Assembly (NCBI GenBank): GCA_902567135.1
Contig: CACFLO010000001.1
Coordinates: 49,748-113,747 of the forward strand
DNA from: an uncultured Alphaproteobacteria bacterium
Lineage (GTDB): Bacteria; Pseudomonadota; Alphaproteobacteria; HIMB59; GCA-002718135
Length of the DNA: 64,000 nucleotides
Direction of reading: 5' to 3'
The position numbers and the translations under genes are program-made. Positions 62,797-64,000 of the stretch are shown here, piece by piece. The notes under the pieces are model-generated. The model was not told the DNA's origin. It saw only the letters and a list, made by a program, of their open reading frames with translations, and did not search any database. Within the stretch, counting starts at the first letter, position 1. Each line of letters starts with the position of its first letter.

Positions 62797-63611
62797 TAAT
62801 TTTTTTTACCTAATATTTTTGCTTTTTTATAAGCAGACATATAAGTTTTATAAATAATTTTATCTATATTATTATTTTTTAAATTTTTTAGACCAGCCTC
62901 TGTTGTTCCTCCTTTAACTGCAATTGATTTTTCTAAATCATATGGTTCTTTTTTTGTCTCTTGCATTAAATAAATAGATCCTAAGATAGTTGTTAAAACT
63001 AATTCTCTAGATTGTTTTTTAGAAAATCCTAATTTCTGCGCACCCTTTTCAAAAGAATTAATTAATGCATAGACATAACCAGGTCCACTTCCAGAAACTG
63101 CTGTAGCTTTATCAATTTGACTTTCATTACTAAGCCATAATGTTTTTCCAACTTTCAAAAAAAGTTGATTAATAGTTTTTTTATTTTTATTACTTAAATT
63201 ATTAGTTGAAACAAAGCACGATATTCCATTTCTAATTAGAGCTGGCATATTTGGCATTATTCTGACAAATTGATTCGCATTTTTAAGGCGTTTTTGAAAA
63301 AAAATTATTTTTTTTCCCGCAATAATACTACCTATTATTGAGTTTTTTTTAAATTCAAAATCTTTATATTCAGATAAAACTCTATCAGCAATTTGTGGTT
63401 TCACTGCAAAAATAATTATATCAAATTTATTTATTTCTTTTTGTATTGGTGCTTTATTTAGAATCTCAATTTTCTTATTATTAAATTTATTTTTTAATTT
63501 TTTAAAATTGAATGGATCTACGACTGTAAAAGAATATGAATTTAAATTTAACCAAGACTTAACTAAAGCAGTGCCCATGTTGCCACATCCTACTAATAAA
63601 ACTTTATTCAT
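62796..63611 (-). CDS. proC: Pyrroline-5-carboxylate reductase
   Basis: 271 aa. Rossmann motif LVGCGNMGTALV, FAVKPQ, SGSGPGY, and the C-terminal VAVKGGTTEAGL. Confidence 0.85.
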   Translation of the reverse strand: MNKVLLVGCGNMGTALVKSWLNLNSYSFTVVDPFNFKKLKNKFNNKKIEILNKAPIQKEINKFDIIIFAVKPQIADRVLSEYKDFEFKKNSIIGSIIAGKKIIFFQKRLKNANQFVRIMPNMPALIRNGISCFVSTNNLSNKNKKTINQLFLKVGKTLWLSNESQIDKATAVSGSGPGYVYALINSFEKGAQKLGFSKKQSRELVLTTILGSIYLMQETKKEPYDLEKSIAVKGGTTEAGLKNLKNNNIDKIIYKTYMSAYKKAKILGKKN

Positions 63612-63654
63612 AATTTATTATTAATTATACTTTTTAAAAAAAATATATAGTTTT

Positions 63655-64000
63655 TTAGGCTGAACCAATAACTTCAAAGTTAGTAAATTCTAGGGACTCT
63701 AAAGGTTCAATATCATGAAATAACGTCTGCTGGAATGATGGGTAATATTTTTCACATTCATATATTGATATATCAACTAAATTTTCTAATTTTTTATGTA
63801 AAAAATCAATATCTGAATTGGCCAAAATAGTATGACGAAATGCAGGAATTCCATTTTTACTTGTAATATCAAAATGACCTAGCCATAGTTTTTCATTTAT
63901 TAAACCAATTAATTCATAAGCTTTAATAAGTTTGGATTGAGGGTATTTTAAGTCAAAAGTTATAGTGAAACTTATAGCTCTTATATTTTCAGCCCATGTG
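63655..64000 (-). CDS. YbjN-like (putative sensory-transduction/chaperone-like) protein, 5'-truncated by the window edge
   Basis: Not in the ORF track. The minus frame is open from 64000 to the TAA at 63657..63655 (checked). Translation ..TWAENIRAISFTITFDLKYPQSKLIKAYELIGLINEKLWLGHFDITSKNGIPAFRHTIL..EVIGSA*. A YbjN-type gene next to proC is a common alphaproteobacterial arrangement (from memory). Confidence 0.45.
   Translation of the reverse strand, partial: TWAENIRAISFTITFDLKYPQSKLIKAYELIGLINEKLWLGHFDITSKNGIPAFRHTILANSDIDFLHKKLENLVDISIYECEKYYPSFQQTLFHDIEPLESLEFTNFEVIGSA

Noticed and set aside
1-64000. Scan for tRNA/rRNA genes, CRISPR repeats, IS elements, integrases and phage genes
   Set aside because: No spacer is long or GC-rich enough for a tRNA. 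No regularly spaced direct repeats were seen. No transposase-, integrase- or phage-like translation appears in the track. The scan was by eye only, so small ncRNAs cannot be excluded.

Overview
Strongly AT-rich, very gene-dense bacterial chromosome segment: about 65 protein genes, many start/stop overlaps of 1-16 nt, and only two spacers longer than about 350 nt. Gene content and order (ALA-synthase hemA, a GcrA-type domain, uvrC-pgsA-moaD-moaE, ilvE, proC next to a YbjN-like gene) look alphaproteobacterial. The streamlining, composition and bias toward transporters and osmolyte catabolism look like SAR11/Pelagibacterales; this is inference, not a database result. I found no rRNA, tRNA, CRISPR array, transposase, integrase or prophage signal. 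Main themes: (i) haem genes at the left edge. (ii) An orphan ExbB/MotA-like protein, a 637-aa coiled-coil MotB/OmpA-like protein and a periplasmic pentapeptide-repeat protein (3561-7059); this trio is my top candidate for an undescribed system. (iii) A long minus-strand gene string joining an Opp/Dpp-type ABC importer to a DMT permease, a mutarotase, a split ComDE-like sulfopyruvate decarboxylase and an aldo-keto reductase. (iv) C2/C3 organosulfonate genes scattered over about 40 kb: an omega-aminotransferase/Ald/ureohydrolase operon plus Pta, a HisD-family HpsN-like dehydrogenase, Xsc, AprM-AprB-AprA and CysQ, with an unusual APS-kinase-like plus minimal HxGH nucleotidyltransferase pair next to apr. 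(v) A LacI-flanked cluster of uncharacterised enzymes (short MetE-like protein, two tandem SnoaL/NTF2 proteins, a bicupin) with a shared candidate operator. (vi) A Rieske oxygenase / OYE-type flavoprotein / M24 hydrolase cluster suggestive of N-methyl (betaine-type) compound demethylation. (vii) Housekeeping genes at the right end. All functional calls come from motif-level reading of the supplied translations and my own translation of unlisted frames; no searches were run.
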